Source: Phreatobacter sp. (GTDB lineage Bacteria > Pseudomonadota > Alphaproteobacteria > Rhizobiales > Phreatobacteraceae). Taken from it: DNA of 64,000 bases. Made by a program: the position numbers and the translations under genes. A model generated the notes under the pieces. The model had not been told where the DNA came from. It searched no databases and worked only from the letters and a program-made list of their open reading frames with translations. Shown one piece after another: positions 18,184 through 27,694 of this stretch (position 1 is the first letter of the stretch; each line of letters begins with the position of its first letter). The stretch is from NCBI RefSeq assembly GCF_030691135.1, contig NZ_JAUYFA010000058.1, forward strand, positions 1,620-65,619. The letters are read 5' to 3'.

Positions 18184-19329
18184 ATGAACCGCCCAGTCGC
18201 ACCGGACGCGCTCGTCCACTATGTCGCCAGCGAAAAGCTCGCCGACCTGAAGCCGCCGGCGAGCGTTCTGCCGTCACTGCCGGTCGCGCTGTTCCGAACC
18301 TATTTTGGCACCCCGGGCACTGCGGTGATCACCGTGGTCTGCCTCGCCATCCTCGCCTGGACCCTGCCGCCTTTCCTGTCATGGGCCTTCGTCAACGCGA
18401 CGTGGATCGGCACCGCGGCCCAGTGCCGCGAGGCCGGCGGCGCCTGCTGGGCCTTCATCAGCGAGAAGTTCTGGTTCTCGGTCTTCGGCCTATACCCCTT
18501 CGAGCAGCGCTGGCGGCCGGCCACCGTCCTGGTGATCTTCGCCGTCATGGTGGCCCTCTCGACGCAGCGCCTCTTCTGGCGCCGCGAGCTGATCTATGCC
18601 TGGCTCGCGGTGCTCGCGGTCATGTGGGGGCTGATGGGCGGCTCGGTCCTCGGCATTCCGATCCCCGGCCTCGCACCGGTGGCGACGCAGCTCTGGGGCG
18701 GCTGGCTGGTGACCATCTTCCTGTCGGTCTTCGGCCTCGCCATGGCCTATCCGATCGGGATCATCCTGGCGCTCGGCCGCCGCTCGAAGCGGCCCATCGT
18801 GCGGGCGCTGTCCGTCGCCTGGATCGAATTCATCCGCGGCGTGCCGCTGATCTCGCTGCTCTTCATCGCGACCTTCATCGTGCCGCTCTTCATGCCACAG
18901 GGCGTCGAGATCGACCGGCTGATCCGCGCCCAGATCGCCTTCATCCTCTTCGCCGCGGCCTATATGGCGGAAGTCTTCCGCGGCGGTCTGCAGGCGATCC
19001 CGAAGGGCCAGTTCGAGGGCGCCGAATCGTTGGGGCTGAACTATGCCCAGACGATGCGGTTCATCGTTCTGCCGCAGGCCCTGAAGATCACCATTCCGGC
19101 GCAGGTGAACACCTTCATCGGCCTGTTCAAGGACACGACGCTGGTACTCATCATCGGCATCTTCGACTTCTTCACGACGCTGCGCTCGGCCCTCGGTGAT
19201 TCCGCCTGGCTGGGCTTTGCCACCGAGGCCTATCTCTACGCCGCCTTCGTCTATTTCGTCGCCTGCTACACCATGAGCCGCTATTCGCAGCGCCTGGAGA
19301 CGGACCTCAGCCCCGAACGGGTGCGCTGA
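18184..19329 (+). CDS. aapM: General L-amino acid ABC transporter permease (AapM/BztC)
   Basis: GACWAFI, YPFEQRWR, ALGRRS, RGVPLI, AYMAEVFRGGLQAIPKGQ, FKDTTLV. Confidence 0.92.
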   Translation: MNRPVAPDALVHYVASEKLADLKPPASVLPSLPVALFRTYFGTPGTAVITVVCLAILAWTLPPFLSWAFVNATWIGTAAQCREAGGACWAFISEKFWFSVFGLYPFEQRWRPATVLVIFAVMVALSTQRLFWRRELIYAWLAVLAVMWGLMGGSVLGIPIPGLAPVATQLWGGWLVTIFLSVFGLAMAYPIGIILALGRRSKRPIVRALSVAWIEFIRGVPLISLLFIATFIVPLFMPQGVEIDRLIRAQIAFILFAAAYMAEVFRGGLQAIPKGQFEGAESLGLNYAQTMRFIVLPQALKITIPAQVNTFIGLFKDTTLVLIIGIFDFFTTLRSALGDSAWLGFATEAYLYAAFVYFVACYTMSRYSQRLETDLSPERVR

Positions 19330-19336
19330 GGCCGGA

Positions 19337-20812
19337 TCAGAGGATCAGCGCGCCCGGCGCCTCGGCGTCGATGGGCCATTTCGGCCGGGCGATGCGGTCG
19401 TAGCTGTGCTTCTCGTAGCGCTGGGTCGAGGGGCCCTGCGTCTCCGAATAGAAGACCCGGGAGGCGAGCGGCCCATAGGCCGCCATGAAATGCTGGGCCG
19501 ATTTGAGCACCAGCAGCCGGTAGGAAGCCGGGTCGAGCCCGAGCGCGGTGAAGAGTTCGCGCCCTAGCGCCTGGGCGCGGTTGGTGTTCATGACCACCGT
19601 GACGCCGCCGATCCTGACCGCCGCGAGATCGCCGACCGGCCCCTTGGCCTCGCCGAAACTCTGGTGGCAGTCCTTCGCCACCGCCAGCACCTCGCAATCG
19701 GCGTCGAACGGATCGCCGGACAGCTCGGACGTCTTGCCGCCGATCCTCAGGCGCAGCCGCGCGCCGGCGCCGACGGCATGGCAGAAGCCGACCGCCATCG
19801 GGTCCCAGAGAGGCGCCACGGCGGCGTTCTCGACCCCGCGGGCGACGAGTTCGCGCAGCGACATCGTGTTGTCGGAGGCGGAGCCGCCGCCGGCATTGTC
19901 GGCCGGCTCGGCGATGATGGCGGGTCCGGTCGCCGTATCGGTTGCGAGCGCCTGGTCGAGGGCGTCGACGAAGTCGAGGTTGGGAGGCGCGGTCCTGCCG
20001 CGCAGCGCGACGATCTCCTCGCCGAGCCGGATCGCCAGCGCGTCTCCCTGCGCCTTGGCATTGTCGGTATAGACCAGCATGCGCGACCCCATTTCCGGCA
20101 CGTCGGCATGGGGGAAGCCATGCACGAAGGAGACGGAGAGCACCCCGTCGTGGCCCTCGAAACTCTTCTGGCGGGCGACGAAGGACGTGTTGGGCTCCGA
20201 GGTCGTCGGATAGAAGGCGATCATGCCGCAATCGTAGAGCGAGGCCACCGGGCGGATCTCGCCGCGGATCGTCTTCAGCACCAGCGTCACCAGTTCCTCG
20301 GCGCGCGGCACGATGTCGACATGCGGATATTCCTTGAAGCAGATGATGATGTCGGCGAGGCCGACGCGCTTCAGCGTCATGTGGTTGTGCGGGTCGAGTT
20401 CGACGCCGATGACGCATTTTGGTCCGACCAGCGCGCGCACGCGCTCCAGCACGTCGCCCTCGCAGTCGTCGTAGCCGCCGGCGACCATGGCGCCGTGCAT
20501 CCCGAGGAGCACGCCGTCCAGCGGCAGTGCGGCCTGCAACTGGCCGAGGATTTCATCGCGCATCGTCTCATAGGCGACCCGGGTCGTCGGCCCGGCCGGC
20601 TGGGCGAAGAAGCAGGAGCCCTCGACCAGCGTGAACCCTTCCTGCGTGGCGCGGCGGCGGGCGACGAAAAGCGGTGCGCTGCACAGCGTCGGCTGGTCGG
20701 CCGGGTGTTCCCCCGGGCGAAAGGCGACGCAGGTGAGGTAGTTCTCCATCGCCGTCGGGATCGGCGAGAACGTGTTGGTCTCCGTGGCGATGCTGGCCGT
20801 GAAGATGCGCAT
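19337..20812 (-). CDS. M81 family metallopeptidase (MlrC-like)
   Basis: ETNTFSP, LGMHGAMV, DCEGD, LDPHNH, YPHVD, DNAGGG and LKSAQHF. Start ATG 20812. Confidence 0.9.
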   Translation of the reverse strand: MRIFTASIATETNTFSPIPTAMENYLTCVAFRPGEHPADQPTLCSAPLFVARRRATQEGFTLVEGSCFFAQPAGPTTRVAYETMRDEILGQLQAALPLDGVLLGMHGAMVAGGYDDCEGDVLERVRALVGPKCVIGVELDPHNHMTLKRVGLADIIICFKEYPHVDIVPRAEELVTLVLKTIRGEIRPVASLYDCGMIAFYPTTSEPNTSFVARQKSFEGHDGVLSVSFVHGFPHADVPEMGSRMLVYTDNAKAQGDALAIRLGEEIVALRGRTAPPNLDFVDALDQALATDTATGPAIIAEPADNAGGGSASDNTMSLRELVARGVENAAVAPLWDPMAVGFCHAVGAGARLRLRIGGKTSELSGDPFDADCEVLAVAKDCHQSFGEAKGPVGDLAAVRIGGVTVVMNTNRAQALGRELFTALGLDPASYRLLVLKSAQHFMAAYGPLASRVFYSETQGPSTQRYEKHSYDRIARPKWPIDAEAPGALIL

Positions 20813-20965
20813 GTCCTGAGGTTCCGTTCGCTGGCCGCCCGATGTGTCAGGCAGGACCATTCCACGGGCCCGCGTGGTTTTCCAGCAAGGCCCGGGGCGA
20901 GCGAGGCATCCACTCCGCGCATGGCTGGGCGACGGCTGGACGCTTCGGCTGAAGGCTGCCGCCGT

Positions 20966-21268
20966 TCAGGGGGCGGCGCGGCGGCTGAGGATGGCGAAGT
21001 CGAGATTGCTGAGTTCGAGGGTGAACCGGGCGCCCGTTGCGACGACGGACGCCTTCAGCGACCAGCGGCTGCCGACCAGCGTCACGTCCCCCGCCGCAGC
21101 GTAGCCGGCTTCGGTCAGCTGGAACTCGATGGCCCGCCGTTCCTCGGTGGTCGGCGCCCGTCCGGTTTCCGCCGGCGGCTCGGTGGCGGCGCCGGCCATG
21201 GTCGCGACGCAGACGGTTGTGAAGGCGAGACCGCGCAGCAGGCTGGTGATCGTCATGGGAACGGTCAT
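20966..21268 (-). CDS. Small secreted PepSY-like protein
   Basis: Signal-peptide-like N-terminus, then RAPTTEERRAIEFQLTEAGY...WSL...FTLELS, similar to alphaproteobacterial PepSY_2 proteins. Overlaps the upstream stop codon. Confidence 0.55.
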   Translation of the reverse strand: MTVPMTITSLLRGLAFTTVCVATMAGAATEPPAETGRAPTTEERRAIEFQLTEAGYAAAGDVTLVGSRWSLKASVVATGARFTLELSNLDFAILSRRAAP

Positions 21269-21693
21269 AGACGGAACGGAATGACGGTTGCCGACGCTGC
21301 GGGCGAGACATGCCCCATGCGTCGCAAGGTGTCGCGACCGGAGATCCCGGACGATCCGCCGGCATCATTGGCGTGGCGCGGGGCGAGGGCACCGGCGGTG
21401 ACGAAGGCCGGCAGTGACTCCCCGGGCTTGCCGGAGCCTTCGACACCCTGGCGCGACCACGGAAGCATCCCGCGGCGCGTTTCCACCATGATCGTCAGCG
21501 TCGTGGTCCAGCCGTGACCGCAGGCGTCGCAATGCCAGTCGTGCTGGATGCGGTCGGGCGCGAGGTTGCGTGAGCTGATCGGTGCGATGGGATGGCGGGT
21601 GCCGCAGGCCGGGCAGCCGGATGACCCTTCGCCGCGGGTCTCGTCGAAATGGCGCGGTGACAGCGACCTGTGGAGGGAACCGTGATGGGTCAT
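21265..21693 (-). CDS. Zinc-ribbon hypothetical protein
   Basis: CPACG...WHCDACGHGW (two CxxC pairs). Start ATG 21693 chosen over the TTG/GTG-type extension to 21915. Confidence 0.6.
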   Translation of the reverse strand: MTHHGSLHRSLSPRHFDETRGEGSSGCPACGTRHPIAPISSRNLAPDRIQHDWHCDACGHGWTTTLTIMVETRRGMLPWSRQGVEGSGKPGESLPAFVTAGALAPRHANDAGGSSGISGRDTLRRMGHVSPAASATVIPFRL

Positions 21694-21910
21694 GGGTGAG
21701 CTTTCTGTCGGCGAACGCGCACAGTCCGGCGCGAGGCCAGCAACACTGGCGCACCGGATCGAAGCGCAATCGCAAGAAAAAGGGGCGCGGTCGTCAGGAT
21801 CGCATTCGATCATCAAATCCGGCGCAATGACGCTGGACCTGCCTCGCTTCGCATTGACGGCGGCGCGGATCAACAGAGCGCGCTCTTGAAAGATCGCCAA
21901 TGGATCGAAT

Positions 21911-21922
21911 TGCACCGCAGCA
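21911..21922 (+). promoter_or_regulatory. Candidate PhaR/AniA-type operator TGCACCGCAGCA
   Basis: Matches TGCRNYGCASMA, in the AT-richer divergent promoter region between the zinc-ribbon gene and dpaL. Confidence 0.45.
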
Positions 21923-22137
21923 AGGTGACGACACGTTGCAACGATGAGACATCATCGCACGAATAGTAAAGAACGACAATGGTTTATTTGTACGGCGCGG
22001 GGCCGCCATGGGTCTTGAGGGGGCTCGGCAGTTCCGGAACGGCAGACGCGCGCGCCGGTGTGGTGACAGACGCCGGCGGCCAGCCTACCACTTGCGCTTC
22101 CCCGCGACTGCCCGATCCATCGCCCTTTGGTTTCACG

Positions 22138-23289
22138 ATGCCTGATCTCATGCCCATGGCCGGTGGCGCCGCCTTCCTGGCCAATCCCGCGCTGGACCGC
22201 CGGCGTGCTTACGGCGCGGCCGAACAGGCGATCCTGTCGCTCGCCAAGGCCGCGCAGGCGCATCATGCCATTGCCGCCTGGGACGGCTACCGACCGACAC
22301 CGATGATGTCGCTCGCAAACCTCGCGCTTGAGACCGGCGTCGCCGAAGTGCTCTACAAACACGAGGCACATCGCTTCGCGCTGAAGAGCTTCAAGGCGCT
22401 CGGCGGGGCCTATGCGGTCGAGCGGCTGGTCGCCGCGCGGGGATCGGCGGCGGGCCTGACGGTCACCTGCGCCACCGACGGCAATCACGGCCGCGCCGTC
22501 GCCTGGGGCGCCAGGCGTCTCGGTGTCGAGGCGGTGATCTATGTCCACGAAACCGTGAGCGAGGGCAGGGCGGCTGCCATCGCCGGCTTCGGCGCCGAGG
22601 TGCGGCGGGTCCCCGGTAATTACGACGATGCGGTGCGGACCTCCGCGCAGGCCGCCGCGGTGAACGGCTGGACCATCGTCTCCGACACATCCTGGCCGGG
22701 CTATGACCTCATCCCGCGCGATGTCATGCAGGGCTATGCCGTCCTCGCGCTGGAGGCGGAGGGGCAGGGCGCCCGGCCGACCCATGTCTTCATCCAGGGC
22801 GGCGTCGGCGGTCTCGCGGCCGGTGTCCTGTCCTGGTACTGGGAAAGTCAGGGGGCGGACCGGCCGGTGCTGGTGGTGGTCGAACCGGACAAGGCCGACT
22901 GCCTTCTCGCCAGCGCCGCGGCGGGACGCTGGACGAGCGTCGGCGGCGATCTCGACACGATCATGGCGGGCCTTGCCTGCGGCGAACCTTCGGAACTCGC
23001 CTGGACGCTGCTGTCGCCCGGCGCCGACGCCTTCATGGCGATCCCCGACGCGCTCGCGGCCGGGACGATGCGCCTCCTCGCCGGCCAGGGCATCGCTGCC
23101 GGTGAGTCGGGCGTGGCCGGCCTCGCCGGTTTCCGGGCGGTGGCCGCCGATCCCGCCATGCGCACGCTGCTCGGCATCGATGCCGCCTCGCGGGTGCTCT
23201 GCATCGGCACCGAGGGCGCCACAGACCCCGCCATCTATCGTGAGATCGTCGGCAGGGATGCCGCAGAGGTCGAGAGGGAAGCCCCATGA
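22138..23289 (+). CDS. dpaL: Diaminopropionate ammonia-lyase (PLP-dependent)
   Basis: YRPTP, KHEAHRFALKSFKALGG (PLP lysine), CATDGNHGRAVAWGA, VSDTSWPGY, VMQGY, TIMAGLACGEP, GTEGATDP. Confidence 0.9.
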   Translation: MPDLMPMAGGAAFLANPALDRRRAYGAAEQAILSLAKAAQAHHAIAAWDGYRPTPMMSLANLALETGVAEVLYKHEAHRFALKSFKALGGAYAVERLVAARGSAAGLTVTCATDGNHGRAVAWGARRLGVEAVIYVHETVSEGRAAAIAGFGAEVRRVPGNYDDAVRTSAQAAAVNGWTIVSDTSWPGYDLIPRDVMQGYAVLALEAEGQGARPTHVFIQGGVGGLAAGVLSWYWESQGADRPVLVVVEPDKADCLLASAAAGRWTSVGGDLDTIMAGLACGEPSELAWTLLSPGADAFMAIPDALAAGTMRLLAGQGIAAGESGVAGLAGFRAVAADPAMRTLLGIDAASRVLCIGTEGATDPAIYREIVGRDAAEVEREAP

Positions 23290-24215
23290 GCCGTATCGTC
23301 ACCGTCGGCGCCGCCCAGATGGGTGCCATCCAGCGGGGTCATTCACGCCGCGAGATCGTCGCCCGGATGCTCGAGCTGATGCGCGAGGCGGCGTCGCACC
23401 GCTGCGATCTCGTCGTATTTCCCGAACTCACCCTGACGACCTTCTTCCCCCGGTGGTGGATGGAGAGCCAGGACGAAATCGACACCTTCTTCGAGCGCGA
23501 GATGCCGTCCAACGAGACCGCGCCGCTCTTCACCGAGGCGGCGCGGCTCGGCATCGGCTTCTCGATGGGTTACGCCGAGCTGACGCCCGAGGGGCGGCGC
23601 TTCAACGCCGCCATCCTCGTGAACAAGTCCGGCGAGATCGTTGGCAAATATCGAAAGATCCATCTTCCGGGCCATGCCGGCCATGAGCCCTGGCGCGCCT
23701 TCCAGCATCTCGAGAAGCGCTATTTCGAGGTCGGTGACCTCTCCTGGGGCGTCTGGAACGCCCTCGGCGGCAATATGGGCATGATGATCTGCAACGACCG
23801 CCGCTGGCCGGAGAGCTACCGGGTCATGGGGCTGCAATCCGTCGAGATGATCCTCCTCGGCTACAACACGCCGCGCCACAATCCGCCGGCCCCGGACCAC
23901 GACCGTCTCGGCGAGTTCCACAACCAGCTCGTCATGCAGGCCGGCGCCTACCAGAACGCCACCTGGGTGGTCGGCGTCGCCAAGTGCGGGGTGGAGGAGG
24001 GCTGCGAGATGATCGGCGGCTCCTCCATCATCGCGCCCACCGGCGAGGTGATCGGCCAGGCGCTGACGCAGGAGGATGAACTCGTCGTCGCCCGCTGCGA
24101 CCTCGACCTGACCCGGAGCTACAAGGCGACGACCTTCAATTTCGACCTGCACCGCCAGCCGGACGAGTACCGCCGCATCGTCGAGCAGAGGGGCGCGGTG
24201 GGGCCGGAGGGGTAG
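23286..24215 (+). CDS. N-carbamoyl-D-amino acid hydrolase (D-carbamoylase, nitrilase superfamily)
   Basis: FPELTLTTFFPRW (Glu), YRKIHLPGH (Lys), FQHLEKRYF, ICNDRRWPE (Cys), GYNTP, QAGAYQN. ATGA overlap with dpaL. Confidence 0.92.
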   Translation: MSRIVTVGAAQMGAIQRGHSRREIVARMLELMREAASHRCDLVVFPELTLTTFFPRWWMESQDEIDTFFEREMPSNETAPLFTEAARLGIGFSMGYAELTPEGRRFNAAILVNKSGEIVGKYRKIHLPGHAGHEPWRAFQHLEKRYFEVGDLSWGVWNALGGNMGMMICNDRRWPESYRVMGLQSVEMILLGYNTPRHNPPAPDHDRLGEFHNQLVMQAGAYQNATWVVGVAKCGVEEGCEMIGGSSIIAPTGEVIGQALTQEDELVVARCDLDLTRSYKATTFNFDLHRQPDEYRRIVEQRGAVGPEG

Positions 24216-24219
24216 CGTC

Positions 24220-25605
24220 CTACTCCGCCGCCTGCTGCGCCTCTGCCTCCCAGCCCAGCAGCTTGCCCGGGTTCATCAGGCCATGGGGATCGGCGTGCCG
24301 CTTGAATTCCGGCTGCGGCGCGTCGATTCGCTTCCAGCCGGCATTGTTGAGCACGAAACTGTGCGCATTCGACGGCTGCACGCCGCCTTCCGCCGCCCTG
24401 GCCATGATCTCCATAAGGCGCTCGGGCGTGGTGAACTTCACCAGCGGCAGCGACGAGGTGATGACCTTGCCCTCGCGGCGCTGGAACTCGAGGTGGAAAT
24501 AGACGTCCTCGTCGAATTCCTTGGCCGCCCATTCGACCAGGGCGAGATTGTTCGGCGCCGGAAAACGCAGCTGCAGATAGGTGATGGATGGGTCCATCTT
24601 GAGGGCGTGCAGTGTCGTGTGGTTCCAGGTGTATTCGTAAAGCGGGCCGGGGCCGCCGCGCTCCCGGTGCGTGCCGAAGGCGACCGCCTTGGCTTCGGCC
24701 GCGCCGCGCCGGAAGGTGACCTCGCCCTTGTGGTCGGCGATCAGCAGGTCGAGCGTGTCCGCCTGCGGTTCCGACACCATCAGGATGGCGAAGGCGCGGC
24801 CTTCCCGCAGATAGGGCGCGAGGCGCTTGAGATAGGGCACGATGCGCGGGTCGTGGACCGAGACGAGCTTCTTGGCGATGCCGTCGCATTCCATGAAGGC
24901 CTGGCCGAACCGGGCCGCAGCCATCAGACTGTCGAAGGTGACGATCCGCTCGGCCCAGTCGTGCGCCGGGGCGGTCGGAACCTCCACCTCGGTGATGATG
25001 CCGTTGACCCCATAGGCATGCATGACCTTGAGGATCTCGCGGCCGCGCAGCTCGATCAGGCGCGGCGTCTCCTCGACGGTCATCACCTGGAGCGCCGTGA
25101 CGGCGCCGAGATTGTCGATCTGCCCCCAGGTGCACGAGCCGGCGCCCGCCGCGCCGCCGGCGACGAAGCCGCCGATGGTGGCCTGCGCCCGCGTCGAGGG
25201 ATGGAAGCGCAGTTCCTGGCCGTGCGGGTCCAGCAGCTTGTCGATGTCGAGCATGTTGGCGCCGGCCTCGAAGCGTGCGCCGCCGGGCCGGGCGAAGACC
25301 AGGCGGTTGAGCTGGCGCATGTCGACGATGAGCCCGCCGGCCAGCGGCACGGCCTGGCCGTAATTGCCGGTACCGCCGCCGCGGATGACGAGCGGGATGC
25401 GGTGGCGGGCGCAGGCGGCGGCGATGCGCGTGAGTTCGTCCTTGTCCGCCGGGATGGCGACGAGGTCGGCGACCTTACCTTCCAGCTCCGGTTTCAGGAT
25501 CGGCGAGAACCAGAAGAAATCGCGGCTCGCCATCCGCACGGACGCGGCATCCTCAACAAGAGAGATGCCGGCAAGGTCGGCCCGAAGGCGGTCGAGAGCG
25601 CTCAT
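24220..25605 (-). CDS. FAD-binding oxidoreductase (VAO/PCMH type), paralog 1
   Basis: SRDFFWFSPIL, RGGGTGNYGQ, HPSTRAQATIGGFVAGG, YEYTWNHTTL, HLEF, DPHGLMNPGK. Confidence 0.9.
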   Translation of the reverse strand: MSALDRLRADLAGISLVEDAASVRMASRDFFWFSPILKPELEGKVADLVAIPADKDELTRIAAACARHRIPLVIRGGGTGNYGQAVPLAGGLIVDMRQLNRLVFARPGGARFEAGANMLDIDKLLDPHGQELRFHPSTRAQATIGGFVAGGAAGAGSCTWGQIDNLGAVTALQVMTVEETPRLIELRGREILKVMHAYGVNGIITEVEVPTAPAHDWAERIVTFDSLMAAARFGQAFMECDGIAKKLVSVHDPRIVPYLKRLAPYLREGRAFAILMVSEPQADTLDLLIADHKGEVTFRRGAAEAKAVAFGTHRERGGPGPLYEYTWNHTTLHALKMDPSITYLQLRFPAPNNLALVEWAAKEFDEDVYFHLEFQRREGKVITSSLPLVKFTTPERLMEIMARAAEGGVQPSNAHSFVLNNAGWKRIDAPQPEFKRHADPHGLMNPGKLLGWEAEAQQAAE

Positions 25606-25723
25606 GGTTTCCGTCCGTTCGATGAAGCGACACAGTGCCAAATTGCATCGCCGTGCGCCATGCCGTCATGTCGGCGGAAGGGGGGTGCGGAAGGTGACAA
25701 TTTACGCTGCGGAAACGGCAAAA

Positions 25724-25740
25724 TGCACAATAATTGTGCA
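25724..25740. promoter_or_regulatory. NtrC-type binding palindrome
   Basis: TGCACAATAATTGTGCA = TGCAC-N7-GTGCA with an AT-rich core, about 40 bp upstream of a -24/-12 promoter. Confidence 0.65.
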
Positions 25741-25778
25741 CCCTGATCCGGGCGCCTTCACGATATCGTAGGATAAGC

Positions 25779-25794
25779 CGGCACGCCCGTTGCT
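25779..25794 (+). promoter_or_regulatory. Sigma-54 (-24/-12) promoter of the THI5-like ABC operon
   Basis: CGGCACGCCCGTTGCT (GGCACG-N4-TTGCT), 57 bp before ATG 25852. Confidence 0.75.
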
Positions 25795-25851
25795 CTGATC
25801 GCCGTCATGGATTTCAAGGGTCTTGCGAGGCCCGTTGCAAGAGAGGTCGCC

Positions 25852-26886
25852 ATGTCCGTCACATCCCCCGCCAACCGCATCTCCCGCCGCCGTGCCCTCG
25901 TGCTCGGTGCCGGTGTCTCCGCCGCTTATCTGATGCGGTCGGACCTCGTGACGGCCCAGGGCCTCGACCGGGTGTCCTACCAGACCAACTGGCGCGCCCA
26001 GGCCGAGCATGGCGGCTTCTACCAGGCTGTCGCCGCCGGCATCTACCGGAAGTACGGCATCGAGGCCGACATCCGCATGGGCGGCCCGCAGCAGAACCCC
26101 TCGCAGCTCCTCCTCGGCGGCCGCGTCGACATGATCATGTCGAACTCCTTCGAGGCTGTCCGCTACGTGCAGGAAAACCTGCCTTTCCTTTGCATCGGCT
26201 CGATCTTCCAGAAGGACCCGCAGGTCATCATCTGCCATCCTGGCGTCGGCAACGACAGCCTCGCCGCGCTCAGGGGCAAGACCATCCTGGTCGGTGCCGG
26301 CGGGCGCACGTCGTTCTGGCCCTATCTGAAGGCGCGCTTCGGTTTCACCGACGAGCAGGTGCGCCCCTACACCTTCAACATGGCGCCCTTCCTCGCCGAC
26401 AAGAACATCTGCCAGCAGGGCTTCCTGTCCTCCGAGCCCTTCGCCATCGAGCAGCAGGGCGGGGTGAAGCCGCTGGTCCATCTCATCGCCGATGCCGGTT
26501 TCGCCAACTACAACACCACCATCAACATCTCGAGGAAGATGGTCGACGAGCGCGCCGATGTCGTGCAGCGCTTCGTCACCGCCTCGCTCGAGGGCTGGGC
26601 CGAGTACATGAAGGGCGGGCCGGCCATCGCCGAGGCCAACAAGCTGATCATGCGCGACAATCCTGACATGGATCAGAAGAAGATCGACTATGCGATCAAG
26701 GTCATGACCGAGAACGGCATCGTCATGTCCGGCGATGCGACGACGCTCGGCATCGGCGCCATGACGGACGCGCGCTGGCAGGCCTTCTACGTGCAGATGC
26801 GCGACGCCGGTGTCTTCCCGGCCGGGATCGACGTGAAGCGGGCCTATGACCTGCGCTTCGTCAACAAGGGCGTGGGCAGGGCCTGA
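25852..26886 (+). CDS. NMT1/THI5-like ABC transporter substrate-binding protein with Tat signal
   Basis: SRRRAL Tat motif; TNWRAQAEHGGFYQA, GGPQQN, FQKDPQ, YTFN, SSEPF. GAGAGG RBS. Confidence 0.9.
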   Translation: MSVTSPANRISRRRALVLGAGVSAAYLMRSDLVTAQGLDRVSYQTNWRAQAEHGGFYQAVAAGIYRKYGIEADIRMGGPQQNPSQLLLGGRVDMIMSNSFEAVRYVQENLPFLCIGSIFQKDPQVIICHPGVGNDSLAALRGKTILVGAGGRTSFWPYLKARFGFTDEQVRPYTFNMAPFLADKNICQQGFLSSEPFAIEQQGGVKPLVHLIADAGFANYNTTINISRKMVDERADVVQRFVTASLEGWAEYMKGGPAIAEANKLIMRDNPDMDQKKIDYAIKVMTENGIVMSGDATTLGIGAMTDARWQAFYVQMRDAGVFPAGIDVKRAYDLRFVNKGVGRA

Positions 26887-26887
26887 C

Positions 26888-27694
26888 GTGAACCTTGCCG
26901 AAGCCGATAGCCCGGTGGCCAAGGGCGCGAGGACGCTCGTCGCCGTCCGCCATGTGTCCAAGCAGTTCGCGAACGGCACCATTGCCGTTCGCGACGTCAA
27001 TCTCGACCTGGCGCGTGGCGAGTTCGTCAGCCTGCTCGGGCCGTCCGGCTGCGGCAAGTCGACCCTGCTGCGCATGATCGCCGGTCTCGGCGATCCCAGC
27101 GTCGGGACCATCGACTGGGCGACCATGAACCACGACGCCTGGGGCAGACCGGCCCGGGAACTCGGCTTCGTCTTCCAGGATCCGACGCTGATGCCCTGGG
27201 CGACGGCGCTCGACAACGTCATCCTGCCGCTGAAGCTGTGCGGCACGAACAAGGGCGAGGCTCAGGCCCGCGGCGCGGAGATGCTGGCTCTCGTCGGCCT
27301 CAAGGGCTTCGAGACGAGCTATCCGCGCGAACTCTCCGGCGGCATGAAGATGCGCGTGTCCATTGCCCGCGCCCTGGTGACCCATCCGAAGATCCTGCTG
27401 ATGGACGAGCCCTTCGCCGCACTCGACGAGATCACCCGCCACAAGCTCAACGACGATCTCCTGCGGCTGTGGGAGGCGAACCAGTTCACCGCCGTTTTCG
27501 TCACCCATTCGGTCTTCGAAAGCGTCTATCTGTCCCAGCGCATCGTCGTCATGGCGGCGCGGCCGGGGCGGGTCATGGCGGATCTCAGGGTCGAGGCGCC
27601 CTATCCGCGGGACGACATGTTCCGCACCTCCGCGGAATATGCCCAATGGTGCCGTATCGCATCGGAGAAGCTGAAGGAGGCGATTTCCGCATGA
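26888..27694 (+). CDS. NitT/TauT-type ABC transporter ATP-binding protein
   Basis: GPSGCGKST, LSGGMKMRVSIARA, MDEPFAALDEITR. GTG start just after the SBP stop. Confidence 0.93.
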   Translation: MNLAEADSPVAKGARTLVAVRHVSKQFANGTIAVRDVNLDLARGEFVSLLGPSGCGKSTLLRMIAGLGDPSVGTIDWATMNHDAWGRPARELGFVFQDPTLMPWATALDNVILPLKLCGTNKGEAQARGAEMLALVGLKGFETSYPRELSGGMKMRVSIARALVTHPKILLMDEPFAALDEITRHKLNDDLLRLWEANQFTAVFVTHSVFESVYLSQRIVVMAARPGRVMADLRVEAPYPRDDMFRTSAEYAQWCRIASEKLKEAISA

